64,000 nt of DNA, from positions 10,666,001 through 10,730,000 of the forward strand of contig NC_087252.1 in assembly GCF_037042905.1 (NCBI RefSeq), in the 5' to 3' direction. Origin of the DNA: Lytechinus pictus (Eukaryota). The notes under the pieces were generated by a model that was not told where the DNA came from, ran no database searches, and saw only the letters and a program-made list of their open reading frames with translations. Positions 1 through 14,379 of this stretch are shown piece by piece. A program made the translations under genes and the position numbers. Each line of letters starts with the position of its first letter. The first letter of the stretch is position 1.

Positions 1-1224
1 AACCTTGTTCAAAGAGATTTTATATGCTGTTACTCCATCTCATTTGAAACCTCCTTGGTCCACCCAAGAAAAATGTTGGTTTCAGTTAATAGAGAGAATA
101 TCAAACAAACATACATTTAATACTCAAAAGTTCTTCAAAGTCGGATGTAAAATAAGAATGTTATCACATTTAAAATTTTCGCTTTTTCCCTTTTTTTAAT
201 ACAAAATAAGTTATGCCTAACTCAATAATATCAAAATGAAAAAAAAAATAAATGGCATCCCTCATTTTGATATTCATTGATTTAGTAATGGAATATTCCA
301 TTTTTCATTACAGATTTGACAATAAGGACAAAATTTACTAAACAATAGACTACTAAAAATTGTTAATTTAACATGTTCAGGGAGCTTTTTTCACATGACA
401 ATGAGGAGAAAATTAAAGTATCACATATATTTTATCATACCATTGAAGATACGATAAGGGGAAGATTTGGACACTTCGGTGAATTTTTCAAAACGCTCTA
501 GTAATGCTCATGGGGAAGGACGCCCAATAGCGCTGAGTAGGTAAATATTTCGCACATCGGCACGCTACTGTGTATGAAACATATGGGGAAAATGAGAGAA
601 TTTGGAGAAGGCACAAGGGCTACGCATGTGGACAATTTCACCTCTTATTACCCAGAAACCTTTGAAATATATTCATCTCTACTTTAAGATTTAACAAAAA
701 CTGAAGGAAAAAAAATCCTGAAATGTAAATATCGTCTATTCCTTCTCCGTTTCACTATTTCTGTCATATGTTTTTCACATAATAATATCGCGATACGGAA
801 AGGTAAAAAAAATGGTCGTTATATATATTTAACGCTGTATGGCACTCTTTCCGAGTGTTTCATTGCGCGCTCTTTGTACGGTCTGATCTTTCCCTTGTAT
901 TATATTTGAACATAATAGATCGAAAAGTGACTGGGTGAAATTTCAGTTCCCTCATATGCATACCGACCAGGATGTAAATAAATTATGCGAATCTTTTGAA
1001 TGCCATAACTTATTCCTATTTATATTACATTTTGATGAAATTCTAAGTGGTATACTTGTTTGATTTGAATCTTTATTAAAATCAAATTTTGTTGTGGTAG
1101 ACTTGGACGAGAAAATTGTACTGAGGCACATATTTTGTGCTTGAAGTTTTGTTTGAACTTTCATCTGATGTTTGATGTATTATTGTATTGTATTATTGAA
1201 GTGTTATTAATATAAAGATCTTAC

Positions 1225-4200
1225 CTCGGACGTGGAACATGTGACTAAACTCTCAGCGATATTTTGGAACCCAGGCAGCAAAGTGGGCTCTAGATGAATC
1301 GTTCCGTGGATTTCGTCTACCTCAGGACGTGCTCTTGGTGACTGGAGATCAGCAACGATATCACGGCGATCATCCTGAACGGTAGAGATTACTGTAGCAC
1401 CGCCATAAGCCATCCATTTGTCTGTTTTCGCTCCTCGACTTATCAAGTATTCCATAACTTCAACATGACTATTCTGGTCAGTAAATCGCAATGCAGTCTG
1501 ACCATCATTATCTTCTCTGTTCACGTCAGCTCCTCGACTAATGAGATATTTGGAAACATGAAGATGACCATTCTGAGCTGCAAGGTGTAATGCAGTCAAA
1601 TCAGTATTATCCCCTCTATTCACTTCAGCTCCTTGACTGGCGAGATATTTGGCTACATCAAGACGATCAATCTTAGCGGCTATATGTAATGCAGTCCTAC
1701 CAATATTATCCCCTCTATTAACTTCAGCTCCATGACTGACGAGATGTTTGGCTAAATCAAGATGACCATTCTCAGCAGCACTGTGTAATGCAGTCCCACC
1801 AGTCATATACTGTGTATTCACTTCAGCTCCTAGATGGATGAGATATTTGGCGACAGCAAGATGACCATTCTGAGCTGCAAGATGTAATGCAGTCCTACCA
1901 ATATTATCCCCTCTATTCACTTCAGCTCCTTGACTGGCGAGATATTTGGCTACATCAAGACGATCAATCTTAGCTGCTATATGTAATGCAGTCCTACCAA
2001 TATTATCACCTTTATTCACTTCAGCTCCTTGACTGAATAGATATTTGGCTACATCAAGATGACCATTCTCAGCCGCACTGTGTAATGCAGTCCCGCCAGT
2101 TATATCCTGTGCATTCACTTCAGCTCCAAGATGGATGAAATATATGGCGACAGCAAGATGACCATTCTGAACTGCAAGATGTAATGCAGTCCTACCAATA
2201 TTATCGCCTCTATTCACTTCAGCTCCTTGACTGATGAGATGCTTGGTGACATCAAGATGACCATTCTGAGCTGCAAGATGTAATGCAGTCCTACCAATAT
2301 TATCGCCTCTATTCACTTCAGCTCCTTGACTGATGAGGTATTTGGCAACTTCAAGATGACCATTCTCAGCTGCACTGTCTAATGCAGTACCTCCATTCTT
2401 ATCCCTTCTATTCACTTCAGCTCCTTGACTGATGAGATGCTTGGTGACATCAAGATCACCATTATGAACTGCAATCTGTAATGCAGTCCAACCACCTATT
2501 TCCCTCATATTCACATCAGCTCCTTGACTGATGAGATATATGCAAACATCAAGGTGACCATTACGTGCTGCAATGTGTAATGCAGTCCAACCAGTATCAT
2601 CGCCTCTATTTACTTCAGCTCCTTGACTGATGAGATGCTTGGTGACATCAAGATCACCATTATGAACTGCAATCTGTAATGCAGTCCAACCACCTATTTC
2701 CCTCATATTCACATCAGCTCCTTGACTGATGAGATATATGCAAACATCAAGGTGACCATTACGTGCTGCAATGTGTAATGCAGTCCAACCAGTATCATCG
2801 CCTCTATTTACTTCAGCTCCTTGACTGATGAGATGCTTGGTGACATCAAGATCACCATTATGAACTGCAATCTGTAATGCAGTCCAACCACCCATTTCCC
2901 TCATATTCACATCAGCTCCTTGACTGATGAGATATATGCAAACATCAAGGTGACCATTACGTGCTGCAATGTGTAATGCAGTCCAACCAGTATCATCGCC
3001 TCTATTTACTTCAGCTCCTTGACTGATGATATATTTGGTGACATCAAGATGACCATTATGAGCTGCAATCTTTAATGCAGTCCAACCATCTGTTTCCCCT
3101 ATATTCACATCAGCTCCATGACTGACGAGATATTTGGCTACATCAAGATGACCATTCTCAGCTGCACTGTGTAATGCAGTCCCACCAGTTATATTCTGTG
3201 TATTCACTTCAGCTCCTAGATGGATGAGATATTTGGCGACAGCAAGATGACCATTCTGAGCTGCAAGATGTAATGCAGTCCTACCAATATTATCCCCTCT
3301 ATTCACTTTAGCTCCTTGACTGACGAGATATTTGGCTACATCAAGATGACCATTGTCATCTGCACTGTGTAATGCAGTCCCACCAGTTATATTCTGTGTA
3401 TTCACTTCAGCTCCTAGATGGATGAGATATTTGGCGACAGCAAGATGACCATTCTGAACTGCAAGATGTAATGCAGTCCTACCAATATTATCGCCTCTAT
3501 TCACTTCAGCTCCTTGACTGATGAGATATATGCAAACTTCAAGATGACCATTCTCAGCTGCACTGTCTAATGCAGTACCTCCATTCTTATCCCTTCTATT
3601 TACTTCAGCTCCTTGACTGATGAGATGCTTGGTGACATCAAGATCACCATTATGAACTGCAATCTGTAGTGCAGTCCAACCACCTATTTCCCTCATATTC
3701 ACATCAGCTCCTTGACTGATGAGATATATGCAAACATCAAGGTGACCATTACGTGCTGCAATGTGTAATGCAGTCCAACCAGTATCATCGCCTCTATTTA
3801 CTTCAGCTCCTTGACTGATGATATATTTGGTGACATCAAGATGACCATTATGAGCTGCAATCTTTAATGCAGTCCAACCATCTGTTTCCCCTATATTCAC
3901 ATCAGCTCCATGACTGACGAGATATTTGGCTACATCAAGATGACCATTCTCAGCTGCACTGTGTAATGCAGTCCCACCAGTTATATTCTGTGTATTCACT
4001 TCAGCTCCTAGATGGATGAGATATTTGGCGACAGCAAGATGACCATTCTGAGCTGCAAGATGTAATGCAGTCCTACCAATATTATCCCCTCTATTCACTT
4101 AAGCTCCTTGACTGACGAGATATATGCAAACATCAAGGTGACCATTACGTGCTGCAATGTGTAATGCAGTCCAACCAGTATCATTGCCTCTATTTACTTC

Positions 4201-7200
4201 AGCTCCTTGACTGATGATATATTTGGTGACATCAAGATGACCATTATGAGCTGCAATCGTTAATGCAGTCCAACCATCTGTTTCCCCTATATTCACATGA
4301 GCTCCATGACTGACGAGATATTTGGCTACATCAAGATGACCATTCTCAGCCGCACGGTGTAATGCAGTCCCGCCAGTTATATCATGTGCATTCACTTCAG
4401 CTCCAAGATGGATGAAATATATGGCGACAGCAAGATGACCATTCTGAACTGCAAGATGTAATGCAGTCCTACCAATATTATCGCCTCTTTTCACTTCAGC
4501 TCCTTGACTGATGAGGTATTTGGCAACTTCAAGATGACCATTCTCAGCTGCACTGTCTAATGCAGTACCTCCATTCTTATCCCCTCTATTCACTTCAGCT
4601 CCTTGACTGATGAGATGCTTGGTGACATCAAGATGACCATTCTGAGCTGCAAGATGTAATGCAGTCCTACCAATATTATCCCCTCTATTCACTTTAGCTC
4701 CTTGACTGACGAGATATTTGGCTACATCAAGATGACCATTGTCATCTGCACTGTGTAATGCAGTCCCACCAGTTATATTCTGTGTATTCACTTCAGCTCC
4801 TAGTTGGATGAGATATTTGGCGACAGCAAGATGACCATTCTGAACTGCAAGATGTAATGCAGTCCTACCAATATTATCGCCTCTATTCACTTCAGCTCCT
4901 TGACTGATGAGATATATGCAAACATCAAGGTGACCATTACGTGCTGCAATGTGTAATGCAGTCCAACCAGTATCATTGCCTCTATTTACTTCAGCTCCTT
5001 GACTGATGATATATTTGGTGACATCAAGATGACCATTCTGAGCTGCAAGATGTAATGCAGTCCAACCATCTGTTTCCCCTATATTCACATCAGCTCCATG
5101 ACTGACGAGATATTTGGCTACATCAAGATGACCATTCTCAGCTGCACTGTGTAATGCAGTCCCACCAGTTATATTCTGTGTATTCACTTCAGCTCCTAGA
5201 TGGATGAGATATTTGGCGACAGCAAGATGACCATTCTGAACTGCAAGATGTAATGCAGTCCTACCAATATTATCGCCTCTATTCACTTCAGCTCCTTGAC
5301 TGATGAGATATATGCAAACATCAAGGTGACCATTACGTGCTGCAATGTGTAATGCAGTCCAACCAGTATCATTGCCTCTATTTACTTCAGCTCCTTGACT
5401 GATGATATATTTGGTGACATCAAGATGACCATTATGAGCTGCAATCGTTAATGCAGTCCAACCATCTGTTTCCCCTATATTCACATGAGCTCCATGACTG
5501 ACGAGATATTTGGCTACATCAAGATGACCATTCTCAGCCGCACGGTGTAATGCAGTCCCGCCAGTTATATCCTGTGCATTCACTTCAGCTCCAAGATGGA
5601 TGAAATATATGGCGACAGCAAGATGACCATTCTGAACTGCAAGATGTAATGCAGTCCTACCAATATTATCGCCTCTTTTCACTTCAGCTCCTTGACTGAT
5701 GAGGTATTTGGCAACTTCAAGATGACCATTCTCAGCTGCACTGTCTAATGCAGTACCTCCATTCTTATCCCTTCTATTCACTTCAGCTCCTTGACTGATG
5801 AGATGCTTGGTGACATCAAGATCACCATTATGAACTGCAATCTGTAATGCAGTCCAACCACCTATTTCCCTCATATTCACATCAGCTCCTTGACTGATGA
5901 GATATATGCAAACATCAAGGTGACCATTACGTGCTGCAATGTGTAATGCAGTCCAACCAGTATCATCGCCTCTATTTACTTCAGCTCCTTGACTGATGAT
6001 ATATTTGGTGACATCAAGATGACCATTATGAGCTGCCCTGTGTAATGCAGTCCAACCATCTGTTTCCCCTATATTCACATCAGCTCCTTGACCGATGAGA
6101 TATTTGGCTACATCAAGATGACCATTCTCAGCTGCACTGTGTAATGCAGTCCCACCAGTTATATTCTGTGTATTCACTTCAGCTCCTAGATGGATGAGAT
6201 ATTTGGCGACAGCAAGATGACCATTCTGAGCTGCAAGATGTAATGCAGTCCTACCAATATTATCCCCTCTATTCACTTTAGCTCCTTGACTGACGAGATA
6301 TACGGCTACATCAAGATGACCATTGTCAGCTACACTGTGTAATGCAGTCCCACCAGTTATATTCTGTGTATTCACTTCAGCTCCTAGATGGATGAGATAT
6401 TTGGCGACAGCAAGATGACCATTCTGAGCTGCAAGATGTAATGCAGTCCTACCCATATTATCCCCTCTATTCACTTCAGCTCCTTGATTAATGAGATGTT
6501 TGATGACATTAAGATGACCATTCTCTGTTGCAAGGTGTAATGCAGTGAAACCAGTATCATTCTCTCTATTCACCTCGGCTGCTGGACCGATGAGATATTT
6601 GATGATATCAGGATGACCATTCTTTGCTGCAATGTGTAGTGCAGTCAAACCAGTCTCACTGCCTCTATTCACTTCAGCTCCTTGGCTGATGAGATATTTG
6701 GAGACATCAAGATAGCCATTCCGAGCCGCCCTGTGTAATGCAGTCAAACCAGTATCATTGCCTTTATTCACATCAGCTCCTTGACTGATTAGATACTTGG
6801 TGACATCAAGGTGACCATTATGTGCTGCAATGTGTAATGCAGTCCGACCAGTATCACTGCCTCTATTCACTTCAGCTCCTTGGCTGATGAGATATTTGGA
6901 GACATCAAGATGGCCATTCCAAGCCGCCCTGTGTAATGCAGTCAAACCAGTATCACTGCCTCTATTCACTTCAGCTCCTTGGCTGATGAGATATTTGGTG
7001 ACATCAAGATAGCCATTCCGAGCCGCCCTGTGTAAGGCAGTCCAACCAGTATCATTGCATCTATTCACTTCAGCTCCTTGACCGATGAGATAGTTAATGA
7101 CATCAAGGTGACCATTATGTGCTGCAATGTGTAATGGAGTCCAACCAGTATCACTGCCTCTATTCACTTCAGCTCCTTGACTGATGAGATGCTTGATGAC

Positions 7201-8328
7201 ACCAAGCTGACCATAATCTGCTGCAATATATAGTGCAGTCAAACCAGTATCATTCCCTTTATTCACATCAGCTCCTTGACTGATGAGATATTTGATGACA
7301 TTAAGATGACGATTCTTAGCTGCAATGTGTAATGCAGTACATTTAGTATTATCCCCTGTATTCACTTCAGCTCCATGACTGGTGAGATATTTGATGACAT
7401 TAAGATGACCATTCTTAGCTGCACTGTGTAATGCAGTACATTTAGTATTATCCCCTATATTCACTTCAGCTCCATGACTGATGAGATGCTTGGTTACATC
7501 AAGATGACCATTCTTAGATGCACTGTGTAATGCAGTCAACCCATCCTCATCCCCTTTATTCACTTCAGCTCCATGACTGAGAATAATTTTTATCACCTTT
7601 TGGAGTCCCTGTGAGGCAGCAAGATGTAAGGGTGTTTGCCCTGTTGACGTAGTCTTTTTGACATTAGCTCCTTGACTGATGAGACATTTGGTAACATCAA
7701 GATGACCATTTTGAGCTGCCCTGTGTAATGGAGTAAAAAAGGTCTCATCTACTGTATTCACTTCAGCTCCTTGACTGATGAGATATTTGATGACATTAAG
7801 ATGACCATTCTTAGATGCACTGTGTAATGCAGTCAACCCATCCTCATCCCCTTTATTCACTTCAGCTCCTTGACTGATGAGATATTTGATGACATTAAGA
7901 TGACGATTCTTAGCTGCAATGTGTAATGCAGTCCTCCCAATATTATCCCCTCCATTCACTTCAGCTCCATGACTGATGAGATGCTTGGTTACATCAAGAT
8001 GACCATTCTTAGATGCACTGTGTAATGCAGTCAACCCATCCTCATCCCCTTTATTCACTTCAGCTCCATGACTGAGAATAATTTTCATCACCTTTTGGAG
8101 TCCCTGTGAGGCAGCAAGATGTAAGGGTGTTTGCCCTGTTGACGTAGTCTTTTTGACATCAGCTCTATGTTTAATGAGATAATCGATGACATCCAGTTGG
8201 TCTTTCTTCACTGCAATGTGTAAACACGTGTTTCCATCTTGGTCTGTCTGGTGTATGTTAGCACCCTGATTGATCAGTTGTCTTACTTGTGTAATCTTCC
8301 CTTCCGATACTGCCGTTAGCAAATCCAT
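1225..8328 (-). pseudogene. Gene B exon 1: giant ankyrin-repeat exon (2368 codons, ~70 repeats) with one premature TAA at 4099-4101; the rest of the gene lies left of the window
   Basis: ORFs 4099..8328 and 1207..4098 are in the same frame, separated by GAA->TAA (plus-strand C->A at 4101); same exon end and GTAAGA donor as gene A; intron 70-1224 homologous to 50410-51614. Pseudogene status rests on a single base. Confidence 0.8.
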
Positions 8329-8528
8329 ACTGTCAAATATACTGGCTACTGCAGTTAAGCCTTGAACACATCATGTAGCTTCGAAATTTATGTTTTATTC
8401 GGAATCTCGAACTTAATTTGGTGGCATAGTTGAAGTGTTTCCGTCCCTTCTGTATCCCTTGCGAGGTAAATGATACACGAAGTTTTGTGAAACCTATGAC
8501 AGTCTGCTCACCGCCATTCAAGTGCAAT
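8329..8528 (-). promoter_or_regulatory. Conserved 5'UTR / proximal upstream block of gene B
   Basis: About 200 bp clearly homologous to 57036-57239 upstream of gene A. Confidence 0.65.
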
Positions 8529-8573
8529 TTCGAAACTCATTATGTTATGAAGAAATACACCTCGCGGAATAGC

Positions 8574-8697
8574 TGAATCAGCCAGTTGATTGGTGTCAGC
8601 GCCTTAATTCATTCTATTGTTACCACCATGAAAACAACGTTTCCAACTATTCATTCATGTACCAAATACTGACGTCACATATTCAATAGGGCATTTC
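8574..8697. promoter_or_regulatory. Candidate proximal promoter motifs of gene B
   Basis: TGAATCA (AP-1-like) 8574-8580, ATTGG/CCAAT 8589-8593, perfect CRE TGACGTCA 8670-8677; short motifs, supported only by their position. Confidence 0.35.
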
Positions 8698-9918
8698 ACA
8701 GCTCACAACCACCCTATATTCAAAGCAGCTACTATGCAAAAAAAAATAACGTGAATTCACAAGTTCATGAAGGGACAGATGACTGCATTTAATCAAATGT
8801 CGGAATGCATACTTTTGTGAAAACGTACATGTAGGTATGTGTTGTTATCATGCATGTAATGAGATCTAAAACCATCATCTTTATTTCGAGAGAAAACACA
8901 TGGGGGATACATAAAATGCTGAGGTAAGGTCAGAATTGCGTGCATCAAAATTAAAAAATCTAATAGTAAAAGAGACCAAAGAGAATAGCAAAAACAAAAA
9001 TATATAAAGAAGACATGAATTGAGATTGATTATATTTGAATGGACTGAACACGTGCTTAATGTAAGATATTCTTCAAAGGGGTATAAGAGGCTGGAAACA
9101 ATAAAATATAAATAAATATAGTAAAATCTAACCAAAAAATGCTAAAATATCATCGAAATCTGTTAGAAGATTTAGAAGATGGTATATAGTTATTTTATTT
9201 CGAATTTCGGTAATGTTTGGTACGTGAAAACAATAATATGCATTTTTTCATGAATATTCATTATTTATGATGGCATGTCCTCCACTTTTCCTTATTTTAT
9301 CAATCAAAATCATAATTCTATCATATTTTCATTTTTGCCACTCTCCACCCAGATGTTAAATGTGTATCTGATAAGATTACAAAGCCTAATAGTATGCCTT
9401 ATAAATTGAGTCTTGGAACTCTGGCTGAAATGCTCCAAAGGGAGTGGAGTTATACATTGTGTGCGGCCATTGCAAGCATCTGGTGACCGGGGAAATAATA
9501 AGGTATCAGGTAAAAATTTCAGAGGTAAAAATGGCAATATAAGCGGAGGAAAAAATGGAAGCGGTAACAATGACAAAGGTTAACATTGCAGACAATGACA
9601 AAGTAAACATTGACGTATGAGTGAGAGAAATAGGAAAATACTAGGATTTTTTTATATTTTAAAATGCTACCAGTGGGACTGACTTAATAGGGAAACAGAA
9701 ACAAATTCTTGTATCTTCCTTTCGAGTTAAAATGTCTTCATTAAATGTAATTTATTCGCATATATATGTATTGGAGTATCGAATGGAGTATCGATCTAGG
9801 TCTAGGCAGATCCATTGGGCCAAAACAGCCGCATCCAAAAAAAGAAAATAAAAAGAAAAGGGAAGAAGACAAAAAAAGAGAAGTAAGAACAAAGAGTAAC
9901 AATTAGAAGTGGAATGAG

Positions 9919-10332
9919 CCCGGGGGGGGGGGGGCACTCGACCAAAAAAGTGGTAGGGGTGTGCCGCGGGCGAGACAAAAAACGGGGGCCTTGGAGCGGG
10001 CTTATTGTAAAAAGGAGGGTCCTCGGAACGGGCTTCGGAACTGCAAATGTTTGTGGAAACGGGGGTCATTGGAACGGGTCGCCTGCGTGTGCATCCCAAT
10101 GGAACGGGCATGTTACAACCGATAATGTCGCACCGACATTGGAGCGGATATCTTTCTTCTTTTTTCTCGATAAGAAGAAAATGCTATGCTTTGGAGCGGC
10201 TTTCTTTGTTCTTTTTCTCAAAAAGACAAAAATGCTATGCCTTGGAACGGAAATTTTAGTGTGAAAATGGGGGTCCCCTCTGCGGCACATACCCACTATG
10301 CATTATATACTCAGTGCCCCCCCCCCCCCGGG
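9919..10332. mobile_element. Non-autonomous DNA transposon (MITE) with CCCGGGGG..GCAC termini
   Basis: Inverted ends CCCGGGGGGGGGGGGGCACT / AGTGCCCCCCCCCCCCCGGG; flanking direct repeat GAATGAG (7 bp, or 9 bp with shifted ends). Confidence 0.8.
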
Positions 10333-10844
10333 GAATGAGCGCTTATTATATAAAGAACCCTTTCAAGTCAGTATTTAGAATATCTGCTCGTGCTTCGCGC
10401 TCGAATTATATTACACATAGCATTTTTTAAAACAAGTTGCTTAAAATATCTTTTTAGATGAAAAGAAATAGTGCTTCGCGCTTGCACCATTTATTTAGTT
10501 AAGATTATGTTAATAGCTAGAAAGTGCATAGGATTTGTGGTCGGAAAATAAAAAAAAGTTCATTTCACGCTTGACTTCAATTGTTTAATCAGATACTCAT
10601 TCTCGTCATGGTTTAATTACAAAAAGTGTTTAGAATGTCAAGTTTGCAAATGGAAATTTAAAAACTAGCTTGGGCATCGCGTTTGCATCAGCCTATCCTG
10701 TTTATTATACAAATTATGTATAAGTCCCTTGAATGCCCAGTTTACAAATTGAAATAAAAATAAGCTCGTGGTTCGCGCTCACATCAATTGTTTTGTTAGA
10801 TGCCTATCCAGTTCATGATTACATTACATTAAGTACAGGTGACC

Positions 10845-11005
10845 TGGGAAGTGTTTTATGAAAGGACTTGTCAGACGGTTTTCCCGACAAGTCCCACTTT
10901 ATCCGACAGTTGCCATAGTAACAGTGCTTCTTAGCCAATCAACATCAAGGAAAGACGTCAGATTTGACGACTTGTCAGGCAAAAATGTTGATGAAACACT
11001 CCCCA
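10845..11005. mobile_element. Short MITE
   Basis: TGGGAAGTGTTTTAT / ATGAAACACTCCCCA inverted ends, GACC direct repeat on both sides. Confidence 0.6.
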
Positions 11006-12714
11006 GACCCTGTGTAAGTGGCCAAAAAAGTGATTTGTTCTTCAGAAAATAAAAAATGTTAGTATTAACTTATTTGAAAGATTAATTCTTCCCAGAGCCA
11101 AAATTTAAAGTGTCAAGTTAAGCAAAACACGAGATAAAATTGTCCGACACCATTTTTTGTTCAGACTACTTCAAAATTTAAATGAGATTTGTGGTGTGTA
11201 CATCTCATGATTGAGTGAACCCCAAACTTCAAATCTTAATTTTCTCCTTATTATATGAAGCTCTCAAGGAATTTCTTCTCCATTCAATCAAGTAATTATG
11301 TGGGCTATTCTAGATAGATTATGAAAAGTTATATAACTTTAAAGCTTGGGATGTGTTTTTTAATTCCAATAAAAATCAAATTATTGGTAGTTGTGAGGTG
11401 GCCGTTCACATAGTGTGTCAAGTTGTCAAATCGGAAAATAAAAAATTTTCAGCTTGGGCTTCCATCAAATCTTTAATTAGATATCTATCTAGTCATGATT
11501 ACAATAAGTACCTGCAATCTCCAGTTTTGAAGTTGGAAAAAACACACTAAAACCAGATATTAAATGCAACTGAATCTAGAATTTATTTCTCGAAAATAGT
11601 TTGTACAAAATACACACAACACACAATGAAATTTACAATGAATAGAATCTCATAGATGTACACACAATTGAATTAGAATATAAATAGTGAATCGTTCACA
11701 TGGTTTGTTTACTAATCAAGAAATATAGCATTTAAGATATATTCTACAATCACTTCTAATATACAAATATATTTCATTTTTTAAGACATAAAAATACCTA
11801 CTCGAAATACACTGATTGTTCATTGAAAGACTCATTTTGAATGACAAATTTATAAGGTAAAGTAAAAAAAAATCTAATAGATTTGATCGAAATGTACCAT
11901 CACAACGTCAGAATTATAACCCAACACATGATTTAACTACATGTATATGTACAGTTACATCACTTGATCTACATGTATAATATAAAATATTGTTAAATCA
12001 AGGTTAAATTGAAATAATGTTCAAATGAAGGCTATTAAACACAATTTTCAAGGTGTTTTTAATATTTAAAATGGATGGAATTTAGCGAAAAGATATATAG
12101 TTTTGTTCTGCACATTGGAATGTAACAAGCCACAGTATTGTTGTTATCGTTATTTCTATTATTGTAATAAACATTTTGATTTTTTTTTCTGTGATTGATG
12201 AGGAGAGTCTAATTTTGTTATAAATCATCGTGAACATTACATTTTACATATTACTAGACTATACATTACAAATTCAAGTTAAAAATTGGCAATACAATAA
12301 CTCTCAACTCTCCTAAATCTCACCTTTATCATGTTTATGGGATTTATGTGTGTTGTTTGATGCAGATAAATGGCAGATCTAGTATAATTTATCCTCATTG
12401 GATAGTGATTGAAATGATTGATACCGGGCAATTTTATACCTTCATCAACGTAGATCTTGCTTTTATTCCTTCCATTTTACATTTATGAACAGAATTTCAT
12501 AATTACCACTGAAATATTCTTTCTATGCTAAGTGAAAAATCACACATTACCTTACTGCTGTACATGTACAATGAAAACAAACACACTCAGGTTAATGGAC
12601 AGTCAAAATAAGTAAATACTTCAAAACTAATATCGGTGTAGAATGTAGGACGGAACAAATCTCCAAACAATTTTTACATAATTTTGATAGATATCTTTGC
12701 ATATTGAATAGGTG

Positions 12715-12996
12715 CACTGGTAGTAAATGTATCCTTAAAATAAAAGAAGTCCCTACAGCAGAGTCTCGAGAACACCTGTAATCTTACCAGATTGCGTAAT
12801 CTTACAGGAAATTGGTATTTGGTCTATCTAACCCTACACATTTCAATTGATAAAACAACCTTTCCCCTTTTAAACAGACCTGTTCTGTTAACCTGCAGAA
12901 AAATTCCTGTTTTATGAATTTACAGAATGATTCTGTTATTGCTTTTTGCAAAATCTTCTATCTTTTTTTCTGTAAAATCAGTTTTTTTTAACAGTG
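12715..12996. mobile_element. Possible CACTA/EnSpm-type MITE
   Basis: CACTG...CAGTG ends with TG on both sides; the TIR is short. Confidence 0.35.
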
Positions 12997-14076
12997 TGAG
13001 ATATCAAAAGGCACAGGACAGTTGAAACAATTAATGAATTGTTTTAATAAACAATACTTATAAGACAGTTATCATTTATTTCAGAATTATAATCCTGCAA
13101 ATTAATCTAATATATAACATTAAACAGGGAAACAATGATTGATGAAAAATACAATAATTCAACCTCCTGTATTTAGTATCATCGAAGAATTTCAACCATT
13201 TATGATTCTTAATCCTACAATAATTAATATTTATTTTGATTATTGCAAGAAAAGGTGAAAGCACAACAATATTTACAATTCAGTTCAAAAATCAACTACT
13301 ATGATAATTTCTATAACAAACTATAATCTTAACTGGATATATCTGATAAATTAAAAACAGAATTAAAGACAATGCCAGTCGAGTCTCTCTCAAAAATAAA
13401 ATGCACAAGAGTCTGATTTCGCATAGACTTTTAATTGATTTTTTTTTCTGTATATCACCGCTTGTAGAGTGAATGGAATAGCCTATCTAATACACAACAC
13501 AAAACAACATCAAACTATATACTACTATGCAGAGTAATACTTCAGTTTTACTTTAAATGCTTCACTCATCTGAGTTGGTGTCACGAATCTGTCTACATGA
13601 TACCGTGTGTGCACATTGTCATGTTTGAATCAAGAAAAACTCCTAGGTTACCATAAACATGAAAAATGTCAAAATGAGACCTGCCATGTCAATGGACGTA
13701 ATAGATAACAACTAGTCTTGGAGTCTTGCAGTAAGAATTTCAAGTGGCAAAAAATACCCTTAAAGAATGTGAGCTCAACCAATTATGTACACATCCTTTA
13801 CAGAAGTTTGGAGGTTCTGGATCGCGTCAGCGGCAGAAACTGAATCAGGTGTGAACGATGTGAAAATCTGAATAACGCCAGCATAAATATGATACTGCCC
13901 CCACCCCCCCCCCAAAAAAAAAATGTTTTTCAGTCCGGTCAGGTATAAGGAGAAAAGCATGAGTCTGCCCACAGAGGCATGCGGAACACTCTCCTCTGTT
14001 AAACGCTCACTCGGGACCGTCGATTTTCGTATAGTGACTATCCAGTTCAAGATGTAACGGCTTAACATTCTCGCGG

Positions 14077-14153
14077 TCAATTGAACGCCATGTACATATT
14101 TGACTCAATTTCCTGTACGCGCTGGGCAACGTTGGTCTTAGATGGGCTACCCA
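14077..14153 (-). CDS. Paralogous / alternative terminal exon (VGSPSKTNVAQRVQEIESNMYMAFN*)
   Basis: 14101-14230 aligns by eye with 24823-24950, including intron flank; intact TTTTCACAG| acceptor, same phase. Confidence 0.6.
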
Positions 14154-14379
14154 CTGTGAAAAAAGGAATAAAATTTGAAGATTATTGTGGATGTTTTACC
14201 TTCTAAGGGATTACATACAAACGAGCAAGTGCAATTATAATATTATGCCAACGTAGTTTTGTTGCCAAGCTTTCGACCTGTGCTATTGGTCTGCTTCAGG
14301 GCATGGCTTTAGGACACAAAATAACAAACAAATATGTATTGTTTTGTGTCCTCAATCCCTGCCCTAAGGAAGACCACTA

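Noticed and set aside
1207..4098. Independent 963-aa ankyrin gene
   Set aside because: It begins at GTG immediately after the TAA, in frame and mid-repeat; it is the continuation of the 8328 ORF.
2200..8000. Many CTGATGA hammerhead-like cores on the plus strand
   Set aside because: They are the antisense of L-I-S codons in the ankyrin framework and lack stem II and GAAA.
8688..8697. NF-kB site GGGCATTTCA
   Set aside because: Imperfect match to GGGRNNYYCC and too short to support by itself.
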